A stretch of 64,000 nucleotides of DNA from Octopus sinensis (Eukaryota), in contig NC_042997.1 of assembly GCF_006345805.1 (NCBI RefSeq), positions 97,898,001-97,962,000 of the forward strand, read 5' to 3'. The notes beneath the pieces are model-generated. The model did no database searches and was not told the origin of the DNA. It was given only the letters and a program-made list of their open reading frames with translations. The position numbers were made by a program, and so were the translations under genes. Of this stretch, positions 39,426 through 52,716 are shown piece after piece (the stretch's first letter is position 1; each line of letters starts with the position of its first letter).

Positions 39426-39778
39426 TCACACTCTCTCTTATTTTTGATTGTCTTCCCTTATCTCTCTTTCTTTCACTGTCTATCTTTCTTTCTTTTTTGT
39501 CTTTAACCTCTCTTTCTCCCTTTCCTTCTTTCTGTCTTTCACTTCTCTATTTCCTTTTACTTTTCTTTCTTTTTCTCTCTCTCTCTTTCTCTTTTCCTCT
39601 TCCGTTTTTTTGCTTCCTATTTCATATTATCTCACATCCTTTCTTTACTATTTCACTCTTTTCTTCTTTCTTGCTTGACAGCATACAAATAACCCCAATT
39701 CAGAGGCACTATCTGTCTACCTTAGTTCCTTCCCTTACATCATTTCAAAAAGATAATTGAATGATTAGTTTCTTACAG

Positions 39779-39840
39779 CTATTTTCAAGAAATTTGTTAC
39801 CATCACTTTCACAGAAACAAGTGAAATGAGTGGTTTCGAG
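39779..39840 (+). CDS. Candidate internal exon, possible CUB-domain C-terminal strand
   Basis: tttcttacAG acceptor, GAG|GTaaaa donor; reads IFKKFVTITFTETSEMSGFE and ends in phase 0. Confidence 0.3.
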
Positions 39841-40039
39841 GTAAAAAAATGTCTTGCTGATTTTCCTATCAACTTACAAACATTTAATACAGATTTTTCC
39901 CTTCACTTTAAGGCAACATCAGTTCCTTGTCAGATCTGTATTCGGCATGTTAATACCCAAAATGTTAAAGGCAAAATACATCAAAAGGTGGTGTTTATCG
40001 CCTTCCAACACTGTTCACAAACATACGGCAGTATGTTCT

Positions 40040-40616
40040 TTTCTGCACAAGGCCCGAAATTTTTGGGGAGGGGTCCAGTCGATTAGATCGACTCCAGTAC
40101 GCAACTGGTACTTAATTTACCGACCCCGAAAGGATGAAAGGCAAAGTCGACCTCGGCGGAATTTGAACTCAGAACGTAAAACAGACGAAATTCCTATTTC
40201 TATTTCTTTACTACCCACAAGGGGCTAAACACAAAGAGGACAAACTATGACAGACAAACGGATTAAGTCGATTACATCGACCCCAGTGCGTAACTGGTAC
40301 TTATTTAATCGACCCCGAAAGGATGAAAGGCAAAGTCGACCTCGGCGGAATTTGAACTCAGAACGTAGCGGCAGACGAAATACCTATTTCTTTACTACAC
40401 ACAAGAGGCTAAACGCAGATGAGATGAACAAGGACAGACAAAAGGATAAGTTGATTATATCGACCCGAGTGCGTAACTGGTACTTATTTAATCGACCCCG
40501 AAAGGATGAAAAGCAAAGTCGACCTCGGCAGAATTTGAACCCAGAATGTAACGGCAGACGAAATACGGCTACGCATTTCGCCCAGCGTGCTAACGTCTCT
40601 GCCAGCTCGCCGCCTT
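40040..40616 (-). mobile_element. SINE family B trimer (tail1, tail1, tail2)
   Basis: Three bodies but one head; flanked by cggcagtatgtt (40026) / cggctgtatgtt (40620), a probable TSD. Confidence 0.92.
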
Positions 40617-41095
40617 GTTCGGCTGTATGTTACTCTCGGGTGAGCTGGAAATCTTTCGCACCTAAAGGCTTTGGTAATCATAGTTAATTTACTACAACAT
40701 GAGGAATTCGCAGGCTTTCCAATAAAAATGTTAAATCCACGAAAAATGCTGCATACATAAAAATTACTTGACAGGTATATATATATATATATGCCTTGTA
40801 TTCCTGCAATTTTATTCGCACTTCGTAAGTTGTTTAGTGACTGTCAGCTTAACGACATTTTCTTTGATTTCAATGTGGTACGAAGCGTGTAATATACAAT
40901 GTTAACAAACACGTTTTATCGCTTATTGTCCATTTTTTTGTCATCCATACTAGCTGCATACATGCTCGAAGCTTACTAACTACATGCACTTGGATCCTTG
41001 GATCGTACTTACCTATTACTATGCATGTATGTTTGTATGCATGCATGTGTGTGTGTGTGTGTGTTTGTGTTTGGATTTATTTTGTTTATTTACAG

Positions 41096-41147
41096 ATCAA
41101 GTACAAATATGTACTTTGTTCTATTAAACGTCTGGAAGATAAAAGAT
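41096..41147 (+). CDS. Candidate internal exon in phase with 39779-39840
   Basis: Strong acceptor ttattttgtttatttacAG and donor T|GTatgt; reads IKYKYVLCSIKRLEDKR. Confidence 0.3.
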
Positions 41148-41370
41148 GTATGTATGCATCTTCTACATGTTCCTTTCCTGAATATATCTACTTTACAATG
41201 AAGCAAAATATGACATTTTTTGCGTATAAGACAACGTGTTATGGACTAGTGTTTAGAATATTTAAAATATTTCCAAGCATTATAAAATTAACTGGCAGAT
41301 TTTTAGAAATATTGATAAATTGAAATATGGAAAAATAAAAGAAATTCTTTTCTATCTTTTCTTCCGAGGC

Positions 41371-41439
<69 letters not shown>

Positions 41440-41608
41440 ATAGAGATGGATAGAGAGGGATAGAGAGAGAGAGTGTGTGTGTGTGTGTGTGTGTGTGTCA
41501 GAAAGAAAAAGAAAGAGAAAGAGAAAGAGAGACAGTGAGAAGAGAGAGACGGATAGGAAAAGGAGGAGGGTAAGGAACGGATTTTCTTGCGTGTTTACTA
41601 ATGTATGG

Positions 41609-41644
<36 letters not shown>

Positions 41645-42250
41645 GAGAGTGTCAGTTTGTGTATGTATGTATGTTTGTATGTATGTATGTATGTATGCAT
41701 GCATGCATGATGCACTGTCGCATACATGTTTATTTATATATATATATATGTATGTATATGTATGTATGCAAGTATGTATGTATGCAAGTATTCACGGATG
41801 TATATACGATGAATGTGTAAAAAAGAAGGGAGAAATTAGAAACTAAAGAAGAGAGAAAATCAGTTTTCATGATAAACTTGAGCATCAAATAAAAAAAACA
41901 AGACTTCTGATGAAGGTACTAGACTTCAAGGCTCAAAGGCATTGAAGGCTCAAAACTTTTAATACATCCCTTAATTTAAGCTTACAATGAATTTTTTCCT
42001 GGTATGCGCACAGACACGAACATTCACATACATGCACATTGCTTTTCACACTCTGACAATAAATTCACGTGTTTACTCACACATAAACATAGGCTAAGAA
42101 ATACAGACACATGCCTTTTTCTTTCCATGTACTCCTTCTAACTCTCAGTCTCAGTGTAATCAACAAACCTATCCCAAAAGGTTATGGCTGGTCAGAGAGT
42201 GACAATTGGTTTCGCATAAGGCGCTTAGCTGTATAGGCAAACGTCAGACT

Positions 42251-42284
<34 letters not shown>

Positions 42285-42295
42285 GTGTATATATA

Positions 42296-43541
42296 TTGGG
42301 TTCGGAAAGTTCGTGCCGATTTCTAAAGGAAAGAAAAAGGCCAATAAATACTTGCATTACATTTTTAATCAACCAAATATGAACCATTTTGTTGCACAAT
42401 GCGTCTCCATCTTTCCTTTAACTTGAAAATACCCTCTTCCCAGAACTGAGGTGGTTTCATGGCAAAGAATTCATCAAGGTATCTTTTTACGTCATCCAAG
42501 GCATTGAAATTTTTACCATTAAGACTATTCTGCAGAGACCTGAAGAAGTGGAAATCCGAAGGAGCAATATCTGGTGAATATGGAGGGTGGGGCAACACAT
42601 CCCAGCCGAGCTGCAGCTGGTTCCCAAAGAAACGGGCGGTCTTGCATTATCATGTTGGAAAACAACACCCTTCCTGTTGGCCAATTCTGTACATTTCTCT
42701 TGAATTGCTGCTTTTAACTCGTCCAGTTATGTTCAGTATTTCTCAGAATTAGTTGTCTGGTTACTTGGGAGAAGCTCATAGTATAGAATTCCTTTCCAAT
42801 CTCACCAGACACAAAGCAAAACTTTTTAAGGGTGAAGAACCGCTTTTGGGGTGGCTAAGGGTGGCTCATGTCACTTACTCCAGGATCGCTTTCTCTGAAC
42901 ATTTCGGTAGATAATCCATTTCTCATCACCTGTCACAATTTGCTTTAAAAAAGGCGCGTTTTCATTCCGTTTATAAAGCAAATCTCAGATGGAAATGCGA
43001 TCCAAAAGGTTCTTCTCACGTATCGTAGCAATTTGTGTACCCAAGCTTTACCAGATGCTCATGAACGACGGATTTTGATAGGTTGAGGCTTTCTGCCAAT
43101 TCTCGGGTTGTGCCATGTGGGTTATTCTCAATTAATGACTTGATGTGGTCATCATCTGTAGTGGATGGTCTGCCTCATTGGTCTATATCAATAAGGCTAC
43201 AATCTCCAGCTCGGAACCTTGCGAATCACTTCCGTACAGTTCTTTCAGATAAAGAAACATCATCGTAAACTGTGCATATTTCTTTGGTTGCTTGTGAGGC
43301 ATTTTTCCCTTTACGGAAAAGAAAAGCATCAAGTGTCGAAAATGAACTTTCTAATCTTCCATTATAAAGGGTACAGAAGTAACACGGGTTAAAGAAACGT
43401 AAACCTTCTTTCATGAAAAGATAGCTTAAACTGTGCTCTAATTGGAGGTGTAGTCAAATCCTATTTTATAGACTCAACCATGTTCTAAAATAAGTCGAAA
43501 GGTAAACTACTATAAATCGGTACGAAGTTTCCGGACAACCC

Positions 43542-43543
<2 letters not shown>
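42296..43543 (-). mobile_element. Third full-length defective mariner
   Basis: TIRs ttgggttcggaaagttcgtgccgattt / aaatcggtacgaagtttccggacaacccaa with TA flanks; QHDNARP, HPPYSPDIAPSDFHFFRSLQN. Confidence 0.95.
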
Positions 43544-43606
<63 letters not shown>

Positions 43607-44293
43607 CATACATGCAGATGTAGAAATACATGTGTATGCATATATATGCATATATTTGAATATATGTGTGTATGTAGGTTTATACATATTTATACAGATT
43701 TATGTGTATGCGTGTATATGTACAATATCAGCACGCACACATACACACACACGCACGCATATATATATATATATATAGAACTTACTTGGAAGAGGATGCG
43801 TCGCGTTCAATCATATAATAATATAAATTATATATATATATATATATATATGCATATATACATACGTATATGTACATACTTACATCTATACGTATATATA
43901 TATATGCATATGTAGACACAGGACGTCATGAAACGTGTACAACAAAAAAGTACGAAGCACGAGTACATGGAACATGAACTATTCTTTGGAACAACGAAAG
44001 ACACAAATGGAAAACAAAGCAAACACCATAAAGAATGAATTTTCATCAGTTGTTGGCTGTTTTGTAGTCTCGTATTTCGAGCATTTAGCAATATACACTT
44101 TCGATGATACAGTTGCTCCCGCAGATCAAATTAAATAAAATTTGGGATTTTGCGGAGGGTCAAAATAGGTAACTCAAGCAGGACAATGAAAACTAACCCA
44201 ACCCTTTTGCCGAACCGCTAAGTTACCCCCTACTATCATGCGATTGTAGGGGGACAAACACAGACGCAAACATTTATACAAACACACGCGCGT

Positions 44294-44339
<46 letters not shown>

Positions 44340-44509
44340 GACGGGCGACGGGCTTCTTTCAGTTTCTGTCTACCAAATCCACTCACAAGGCTTTGGTCGG
44401 CCCGAGGCTATAGTAGAAGACACTTGCCCAATGTGCCAGGCAGTGGGACTGAACCCGGAACCACGTTGTTGGTAAGCAAGCTACGTACCGTACACCCACT
44501 CCATTATAT

Positions 44510-44548
<39 letters not shown>

Positions 44549-44549
44549 G

Positions 44550-45061
44550 CTAGCAGTATCGCCCGGCGTTGCTCGGGTTTGTAAGGGAAATAACTATATA
44601 AGCATTTTTAGAGAGTTACTTCCCTTATAGATGCCAATTCGGGCTTTCTTAGCCATTCTGTTTTGGTGTCTTCAAGCCATGAAGTCATTGTTCTAAAGAA
44701 CGCTGGTCTCCTTGACAACGCATTACGACGTTGATTTCCTTACACTCCCTTCCCCACAGCTTCACGAGGGAGGGAAGAAGGGGGAGTAGCAACACAGGTG
44801 CAGATGTGAGCATGGACGCCAACTCCGCCGCCATCGACACACGAAAAAATATGCATTAAAATGGAATAAAAAATGATGTTAAATTATTTTTAAAATCGTA
44901 GACTCATCGTAGACGCGCGCTAATAGCCAGACGGGCTCGATATGAATCACGACTATAAGATACCCGAATTTGATTAAACTGCACCACAAAATGTGGGAGT
45001 AGTTAGGAATCTAAATCGAAGGGGACAGACACTCACACAACTACAGTTTTATATATATAGA
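44550..45061 (-). mobile_element. Non-autonomous Helitron
   Basis: Minus strand starts aTCtatatatataaaa and ends acccgagcaacgccgggcgatactgCTAG; same 3' end as 33404-33798. Confidence 0.85.
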
Positions 45062-45259
45062 TATATACTCACATATGTATGTATATGTAAATCGTTGTAG
45101 TAGTGTACGGTGCTACAACTGGTATGCATATAGTCTACTTTTATTACGTAAATTCTCATACATTTTTCTACTCCAATGATATTTGTTCTTGAATGTTACA
45201 GCTGTTTATCTGTCAGAAATTTCGTGTCTCATATAAATTTTTAATTGTTTTAGCGTTCA

Positions 45260-46700
45260 TTTAGAACAATTTACACCGTTGTATGTCCAAACCACTTTTC
45301 TGTGCATTCAATTACCAGCGTTTAACTATTTCATTGTGCTCCCAGCTTTTGCAAAAATATCATGTCAGGCCTTTCTCTTGGCTCTCCAAGTTTGGATATC
45401 CTTTGGTTGTCAGTTACCCTATGGCTTATTCTTTTTCTTAAGTATATGCTATATGTTCATGTCCTTCTTGATGTAATGTCCTTCAAGAAAATTCCGTAGC
45501 ATTTTCCCCGCTCTTTTTCCTTTCTTGCTTTCCATAGGCGTAGGAGTGGCTGTGTGGTAAGTAGCTTGCTTACGGACCTGATAGTTCTGGGTTCAGTTCC
45601 ACTGCGTGGCACCTTGGGCAAGTGTCTTCTACTACAGCCTCGGTCCGACCAAAGCCTTGTGAGTGGATTTGGTAGACGGAAACTGAAAGACGCCCGTCGT
45701 ATATACGTATGCGTGTTTATACGTTTGTCTGTCTGTGCTTGTCCCCCAAACATCGCTTGACAACCGATGCTGGTGTGTTTACGTCCTAGTAACAGCGGCT
45801 CGGCAAAAGAGACCGATAGAATAAGTACTAGGCTTACAAAGGATAAGTCCAGGGGTCGATTTGCTCGACTAAAAGGCGGTGCTACAGCATGGTCACAGTC
45901 AAATGACTGAAACAAGTAAAGGAGTAAAAGAATACCGTCCTTCTCCTTTCTATCCGTTGTTGCTTCTTTTTGCCACAGTTCTCAGCATTTTCCCAACCTC
46001 TAACGCATACTTGTATAGGTGATATTTATTGCCACTTAAAAACGTAGATGTTTTGTTTGAACAAACTTTGTTGTTCTAGATACCATGGCTTCTGTTGCAA
46101 AATGCACGCTTTTGTTTTATATCGCGTGCATTTATATCGCATGGGGAGAGAAATACCCACCAACTCCAGCGCCGAGACCAACAGATCACATGATTTTGAC
46201 CTTCTTTAGTCTCATCGGTGATGGACGCTCGACCGCTAGAGATAGTAGCGACTCACCTTCCTGCCACAGTTATATAGAAAATCAGTGCCAGAGCAGGCAC
46301 TGATGTCGAGAGCCCCGCTGGCGATAAAAGCATGCGTGCATTTTGCACCAAAAGTCTATATGAGAGTTTCTCTCATGGTATCTACCGCAGTAAAGTTTAA
46401 GTTAGAATAAATATTACCTCTCCGTATTAATACCGCCTCTGTCGCTAATATACATATTTGTATAGGTAGTATTCCTCTCTATTGCAACATAATCTTCTAC
46501 GCTAATCAAATCTCTCCCATCAACACTGCGTTTCATAAGCAGTCTTTTAATATCACCAATTTTGTTACATTTATTTTAGTACTGCTATATATCACGTGTG
46601 CTATATCTCATTAAATTTTTTCTACCATTCGATTCTTTGTAATCTCCCACACACGTCTGTCTGTATAGTACTCCTCATCCTTAGTGTTGACTTAGTGAGA
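45260..46700 (-). pseudogene. R4/Dong-like LINE relic interrupted by SINE A and another repeat
   Basis: Minus-strand GDIKRL.MKRSVDGRDLISVEDYVAIER near 46470-46560 resembles D..RLY..R..GGRGL.SVED. Confidence 0.5.
45535..45932 (+). mobile_element. SINE family A
   Basis: Full head, core and tail. Confidence 0.92.
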
Positions 46701-46763
46701 AAAGTAAATAAAATAATAATAATGATGACGTTGATATTGATAATAATGATGATGATGATGATG

Positions 46764-46799
<36 letters not shown>

Positions 46800-46972
46800 G
46801 TTAATAATAATAATAATAATGTTAATAATAATAATAATAATAATAATAACAATAATAATAATAATAATAATAATTTCTTTTATAAGCTACAGAGGCATAG
46901 TTGAAGGGGACAATAATAATAACAATGTTGTCGTTGTCGTTGTTGTTGTTGTTGTTGCTGTTGTTGTTGTTG

Positions 46973-47006
<34 letters not shown>

Positions 47007-47009
47007 TGG

Positions 47010-47405
47010 AAAGAGCTGGCAGAATCGTTAGCATGCTGGGCAAAATACTAAACGGTCTTTCGTCCGTCTGAACGTTCTCAGTTCAAATTTTGCCGAGGTA
47101 GACTTTACATATAATCCCTTTCAGGGTCGAGGAAATAAGTACCAGTTGAGCACAAGGGTCGATGTAATCGATTAGCCCCTCCGCTAAAATTGTAGGCTTT
47201 ATACCTGGCGATCTGGCAGAATCGTTAGCACACTGGGCAAAATGCTTAGCGGTATTTTGTCCGTCTTTACGTTCTGTGTTCAAATTCCGCCGATGTCCAC
47301 TGTGCCTTTCATCCTTTCGGGGTCGATAAATTAAGTACAGTGAAATACCGGTGTCAGTGTAATCGACTAGTCGACTTTGTGCCTTTAGTAGAAAGGATTA
47401 TTATA
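47010..47405 (+). mobile_element. Two tandem SINE B copies (tail type 2)
   Basis: Each has its own ctggcagaatcgttagc head. Confidence 0.88.
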
Positions 47406-47444
47406 AAGCACACTCGATCTATAGAACAGCGGATTATTATACAA

Positions 47445-48781
47445 AATCCCCTATGGCATCCAGCAGGGAATCTTGCTATAATTCTTCACAACCAATCCCC
47501 CACAAATTTCTGCTTTGCGACAACCCCAAAATCGTTGAATCACTGTGACAAAGACATTTTAAACTACTTTCTTCTCCGCGCTGTGCATCTTGAATTTCAT
47601 GTACTCCGGAATCTTCTTTACCTGTTGTCAGGGACAAAAGTGTCTTTGTCAGACATCTTTGTCTCAGGTAACTTAGGGAAGAATTCATGAAGGTATTTAA
47701 AGGCTAAAGGCCCCTAATGAAGTACTGAAACAAATTGTTTTATAAAATCCGATTTTATGCACAATGTTGGGCACAACACATTCCAGGCGTCCACTAATGG
47801 TTCACAGTTGAAGTTGTCTCAAAGAGAACTTACTCCGTTGAAGAAATTGTTGCCTTGGATAGTGTGTCGTGTGTCTGCAGTTCCAAACGCAAAGGTAGCT
47901 TGGAAACATAGTGAAGCCCACTTTGAAGACCCCCCCAGAAACGTTACAATTTTGAAATCTCTATTAACTTACCAGCCATACTTATCAGAATTCAAAAATC
48001 TACCAATGCACTGACGCTGCTGTATTATTTTTTGAAATGTACTGAATAAGTCAGAGGCAGAGACAGATATCTTCTATTATGGAGCAGCACAGATTAGAGG
48101 TTCTTAGATGAGATGTCAATGAAGAAGTGTCACTAATTTGAGTTACAAGTAAATACCATTGACTTCGAACAGACTGGTCGTATTTTGGAAGAAGGAGAAC
48201 ACATCATGATAAGTGAAGAGCCTTGAAAAGCTCAGATGTTATTTTCATGGATATGTAACTTGCACAGTTTCATTTAATGAGTCCACTGCTTGAACCTGGA
48301 CATCAAAAGCTCGGCATTAAAGTCGCTGAGATCTTTTTGATTATAGCAGTATGACATTTTCTTTTTAACTGTATTTCAGAAATTGTAACTTGTATGTACA
48401 ACGTCTTCTCCCATTCTGACTGACTGCTCTCCCTTGATGATCGTCGCTCTCTCACTGTAAGAATGGATATGCTGAGCTTAAACTAGTGTGGCATCGAGGC
48501 GATGGATAATGGACGATCTGACCGTCTAATTACATGAATCATTCTTGCCATCTAGATGTTTGGGAGACGTAAAATTCCTAGAAATTATTTTTGCATTTTT
48601 GCAGTGTTCGTTGGGAAAATGAAGTGTCCAGAGTTTGTCTTGATCTCCGACAAACATACTAAGATGTGTCACACATTTTGGCAGATGTTATCATAGTGTA
48701 CTTTCTCGCTCTTGCCTTAATAAATTGATTACAGACATAGTTAAATGCATCTCTAAGAAATTTGCAGCTACTTGATGCCAT
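47445..48781 (-). pseudogene. Chapaev3-type (CMC) DNA transposase pseudogene
   Basis: Ordered motifs: MASSSCKFLRDAFNYVC, DQDKLW, DFKIVTFLGGLQSGF, VLCPTLCIKSDFIKQFV...AFKYLHEFFPKL, resembling GDQDK.WAPH / GD.K....LGLQ.G.TK / PPLHIKLGLMKQFV; family label from memory. Confidence 0.75.
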
Positions 48782-49245
48782 CTTTGACAAATGCAGATGG
48801 AGCTATCCATTTACGCATTCAGAACTAAATCGAACTGATGAGTTTAAGGCCTCTGTACTTATATTACTATTTAGATTACAGGAAAATTCTAAAAGAATCT
48901 TGAAAATTTTAGGAAATTCTAGAAAGTGCACGAAACTTCTAAATCAGCTACTCAGCACTAGAATGCTTTGGAAACTTGGTAAATTTCAAAATATCAATAT
49001 TGAGGCCACAAAATGAAAGACGGAAGAGAATATTAACCATATCTTATACGCTTTAAGCATTTGCTATAAGGTAAGAAAAGTAATTACTGCTAAAGAAGAA
49101 AGAAGAAGAAAGAAAGTAAACATTTGGTTACTTGATGTTAATATCTGAATGCCTGAAAGAAGGATATACCTTACCGATATCATTATTTTCTACTATAGAA
49201 AGGCTGCATTATTTTCCTGGTTGAGATATTTAGGATTATTTACTA

Positions 49246-49345
49246 NNNNNNNNNNNNNNNNNNNNNNNNNNNNNNNNNNNNNNNNNNNNNNNNNNNNNNN
49301 NNNNNNNNNNNNNNNNNNNNNNNNNNNNNNNNNNNNNNNNNNNNN
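49246..49345. other. Assembly gap (100 N)
   Basis: Run of exactly 100 N, a typical placeholder for unknown length. Confidence 0.99.
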
Positions 49346-49573
49346 CCCTTAGGAGAATATAACTCGAGAATATAACTTTACTTTAGAAGGTATGTATATT
49401 AATAGCTTAAAGTATAATTGAATTGTACTTAAATTGAATTGTAGGCTCAGGGCGATAACATTGGGTCACATCCTCCAGCAATATCTACCATGCTATCCAT
49501 CTATCTGAGAACATATCCATTTATGGTCATTTACCAGGCAGATCGGCAAATAGAAACGATAAAAATAGTTTTA

Positions 49574-49627
<54 letters not shown>

Positions 49628-49803
49628 GTGTTTATATATATATATATATATATACAACACATATACATACACACACACACATATACATACATACATACAT
49701 ACATACATACATACATACATACATAAATGATTTTTGACTGAAACCAATATAGAAATTAAATATACACATTTATTGCCAAATAGCAAATTTGGGACAAGGT
49801 TTC

Positions 49804-49969
49804 GTTTCTCAAATAAAACTTGATTGAGACTGCTTATTAATACCCGTAGGAATTATGCGAACTTCTAAATTGCCATTTCTTGGAGTTTCTCAAATAAAAC
49901 TTGATTGAGACTGCTTATTAACACCCGTAGGAATTATGCGAACTTCTAAATTGCCATTTCTTGGAGTTT
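49804..49969. repeat. 81-bp direct tandem duplication
   Basis: gtttctcaaataaaac...ccatttcttgga twice, with one substitution. Confidence 0.95.
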
Positions 49970-50685
49970 GGTTCCCTTTCTCCCTACTTTCAAAAACAAA
50001 AACCTCAAAATCAAAGGGAGAAAAACCATAAACTTTTGAAAGGCATGGATGCACCATAGTTTTATTTTTCCAATTTAATGTACGAAGGACTATGTGCCTA
50101 TTTTACGATAACACCAATATCGTTGCTTTGCCGCACACAAACTATGCTTAATACATACAGTTGCACAAATGCAGACGATCGCTTATTCTCACGCATGTGC
50201 AAACCGGCATACGTACGCAGATGATAGTCAGAAAAAACATATACTACTGTTTTAGTTGTGTACCTCAATACAGTTCTGATGAAGTACACCTCAATTCAAA
50301 GGCATTCTAGCAGTGACCATCTCATCAATATAGATAGTTTGCCTTCTATTATCCAATTTGGTCTTCCATTCTTCTAAGGACAGTAATTTGTGATTTGAGG
50401 GAAATTCGCATGATAATATTAGCTGGTCAAGGGGAAGCGTAGATATGCAGTTGTACAGCTAAGATTGACAGATAGATAGACAGATGTAGAGTTCAGTAGA
50501 CACACTGACACAGTGATCAACAATGAGAAAGACTGGGTGAGATAAGTTGGCACCCACACACGTAAACATATTTTTGATTGTTTCTACGTGCTTAGATATG
50601 TATTGATACTTGTTTGCATACACGTCTGCGTATACGTTCGTGTGTGTATATACATGAATGCACGTATGCATACATTTTAAATATA

Positions 50686-51087
50686 GGCGTAGCTGTGTGG
50701 TAAGAAGCTTGCTTTCCAACTGCATGGTTCCGAGTTCAGTTCCAATGCGTGGTACCTTGGACAAGTGTTTTCTGCTATAGCCATGAGCCGACCAAAGCCT
50801 TGTGAGTAGATTTGGTAGATGAAGACTGAAAGAAGCCTGTCGTGTATATATATCTGACTTTGTGTGACTTTGAGCCTGTGTTTATCTCCCACCCCACTCA
50901 CCGCTTCACAACCGGTGTTGGCGTGTTTACGTTTCCGTAATGTAGCGGTTCAGAAAAAAGAAACTGATAGATTAAGTACCGGGCTTAACAAAATAAGTAC
51001 TGGAGTCAATTCACTCGACTAAATATTCTTCAAAATGGTGCCCCAGCAGGGCCGCAGTCGAATGACTGAAGTAAAAGATAAAAGATA
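50686..51087 (+). mobile_element. SINE family A, followed tail-to-tail by a minus-strand A fragment (51110-51260)
   Basis: Matches the A pattern. Confidence 0.88.
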
Positions 51088-51361
51088 ATGTATATATATA
51101 TATATTCTTTTATTTATTTCAGTCATTTGACTGCTGCCATGCTGGAGCACCGCCTTCAGTCGAACAAATCCCGAGGACTTATTTGGCTGAACCGCTAAGT
51201 TACGGGGACATAAACACATCAACATCGGTTGTCAAGCGACGATGGGGGGGGCACAACATATACATATACATACAAAGATACATACATACATACATACATA
51301 CATAAATACATGTACATATATATGTATATGTTATATATATATATATATATATATAGATATA

Positions 51362-51399
<38 letters not shown>

Positions 51400-51567
51400 C
51401 AATACAAAATGGGACAAGAACGCAAAACAACCGGACAACTAGGTGATACAAAAAAAGGACAACAAAACATCCAGAAGACTATACAAAAAAAAACAACGAC
51501 GGGTCATTCGAGCTTTCTATCCTCAGTCAAGAACCAGATCATCCTTTCGGCCGATTAATCTTGTGTG

Positions 51568-51618
<51 letters not shown>

Positions 51619-51672
51619 CTTGATACACACAAAGACATACATACATCTACATATATACATATATACCTACGC

Positions 51673-51741
<69 letters not shown>

Positions 51742-52010
51742 CACACACACATATTATATATATATGTATATAGAGATAAAGCTGTTTTTATAACGAGCAA
51801 GAGGAAAATTAGTCAATAGAGTGTAATTATATATATTCATCCGAGACCTCCTACCGTTACTTTAAGTTTCACGAATGCTTGAGTGTTTAGGATCAATCAG
51901 ACGGCCATGTTGGATATAACAGACTGACAGACTGATTGTCTTCCAGCATGGCCGTTCATTTGATCAATCATTCACTAAAATTTAAAGTAGCGACAGAAGG
52001 AATCAGCTGA

Positions 52011-52098
<88 letters not shown>

Positions 52099-52117
52099 GT
52101 GTGTGTGTCTGTGTGTG

Positions 52118-52173
<56 letters not shown>

Positions 52174-52177
52174 CATC

Positions 52178-52278
<101 letters not shown>

Positions 52279-52526
52279 ACCATCTATCTATCTATCTATC
52301 TAATTCATCCATCCATCCGTTCGCCCTTCCGTCCGTCTGTTCGACAGTCCGTTTGTCTGTCTGTCTTGTCTATTTCTTACTCTTCTTTCTCTCGTTCTTT
52401 ATTTACATATATACTCATACATACAAACACACATCACACACACACACATATACAAAGATATGTGCGAAACCCATGTATATATACTACCAAACTGCCTGCC
52501 TATATATATATGTGTGTGAGTGTGTG

Positions 52527-52567
<41 letters not shown>

Positions 52568-52672
52568 GTATACAGTGGGGTAGCTTCATTTGAAGGCTAA
52601 AACAATGCGAAGCGCATTGTGACAGCGATGTGTAGCAACATCTGATAGCCTGGTCAGTCATGTGATCATGTG

Positions 52673-52705
<33 letters not shown>

Positions 52706-52716
52706 AGAGAGAGAGA

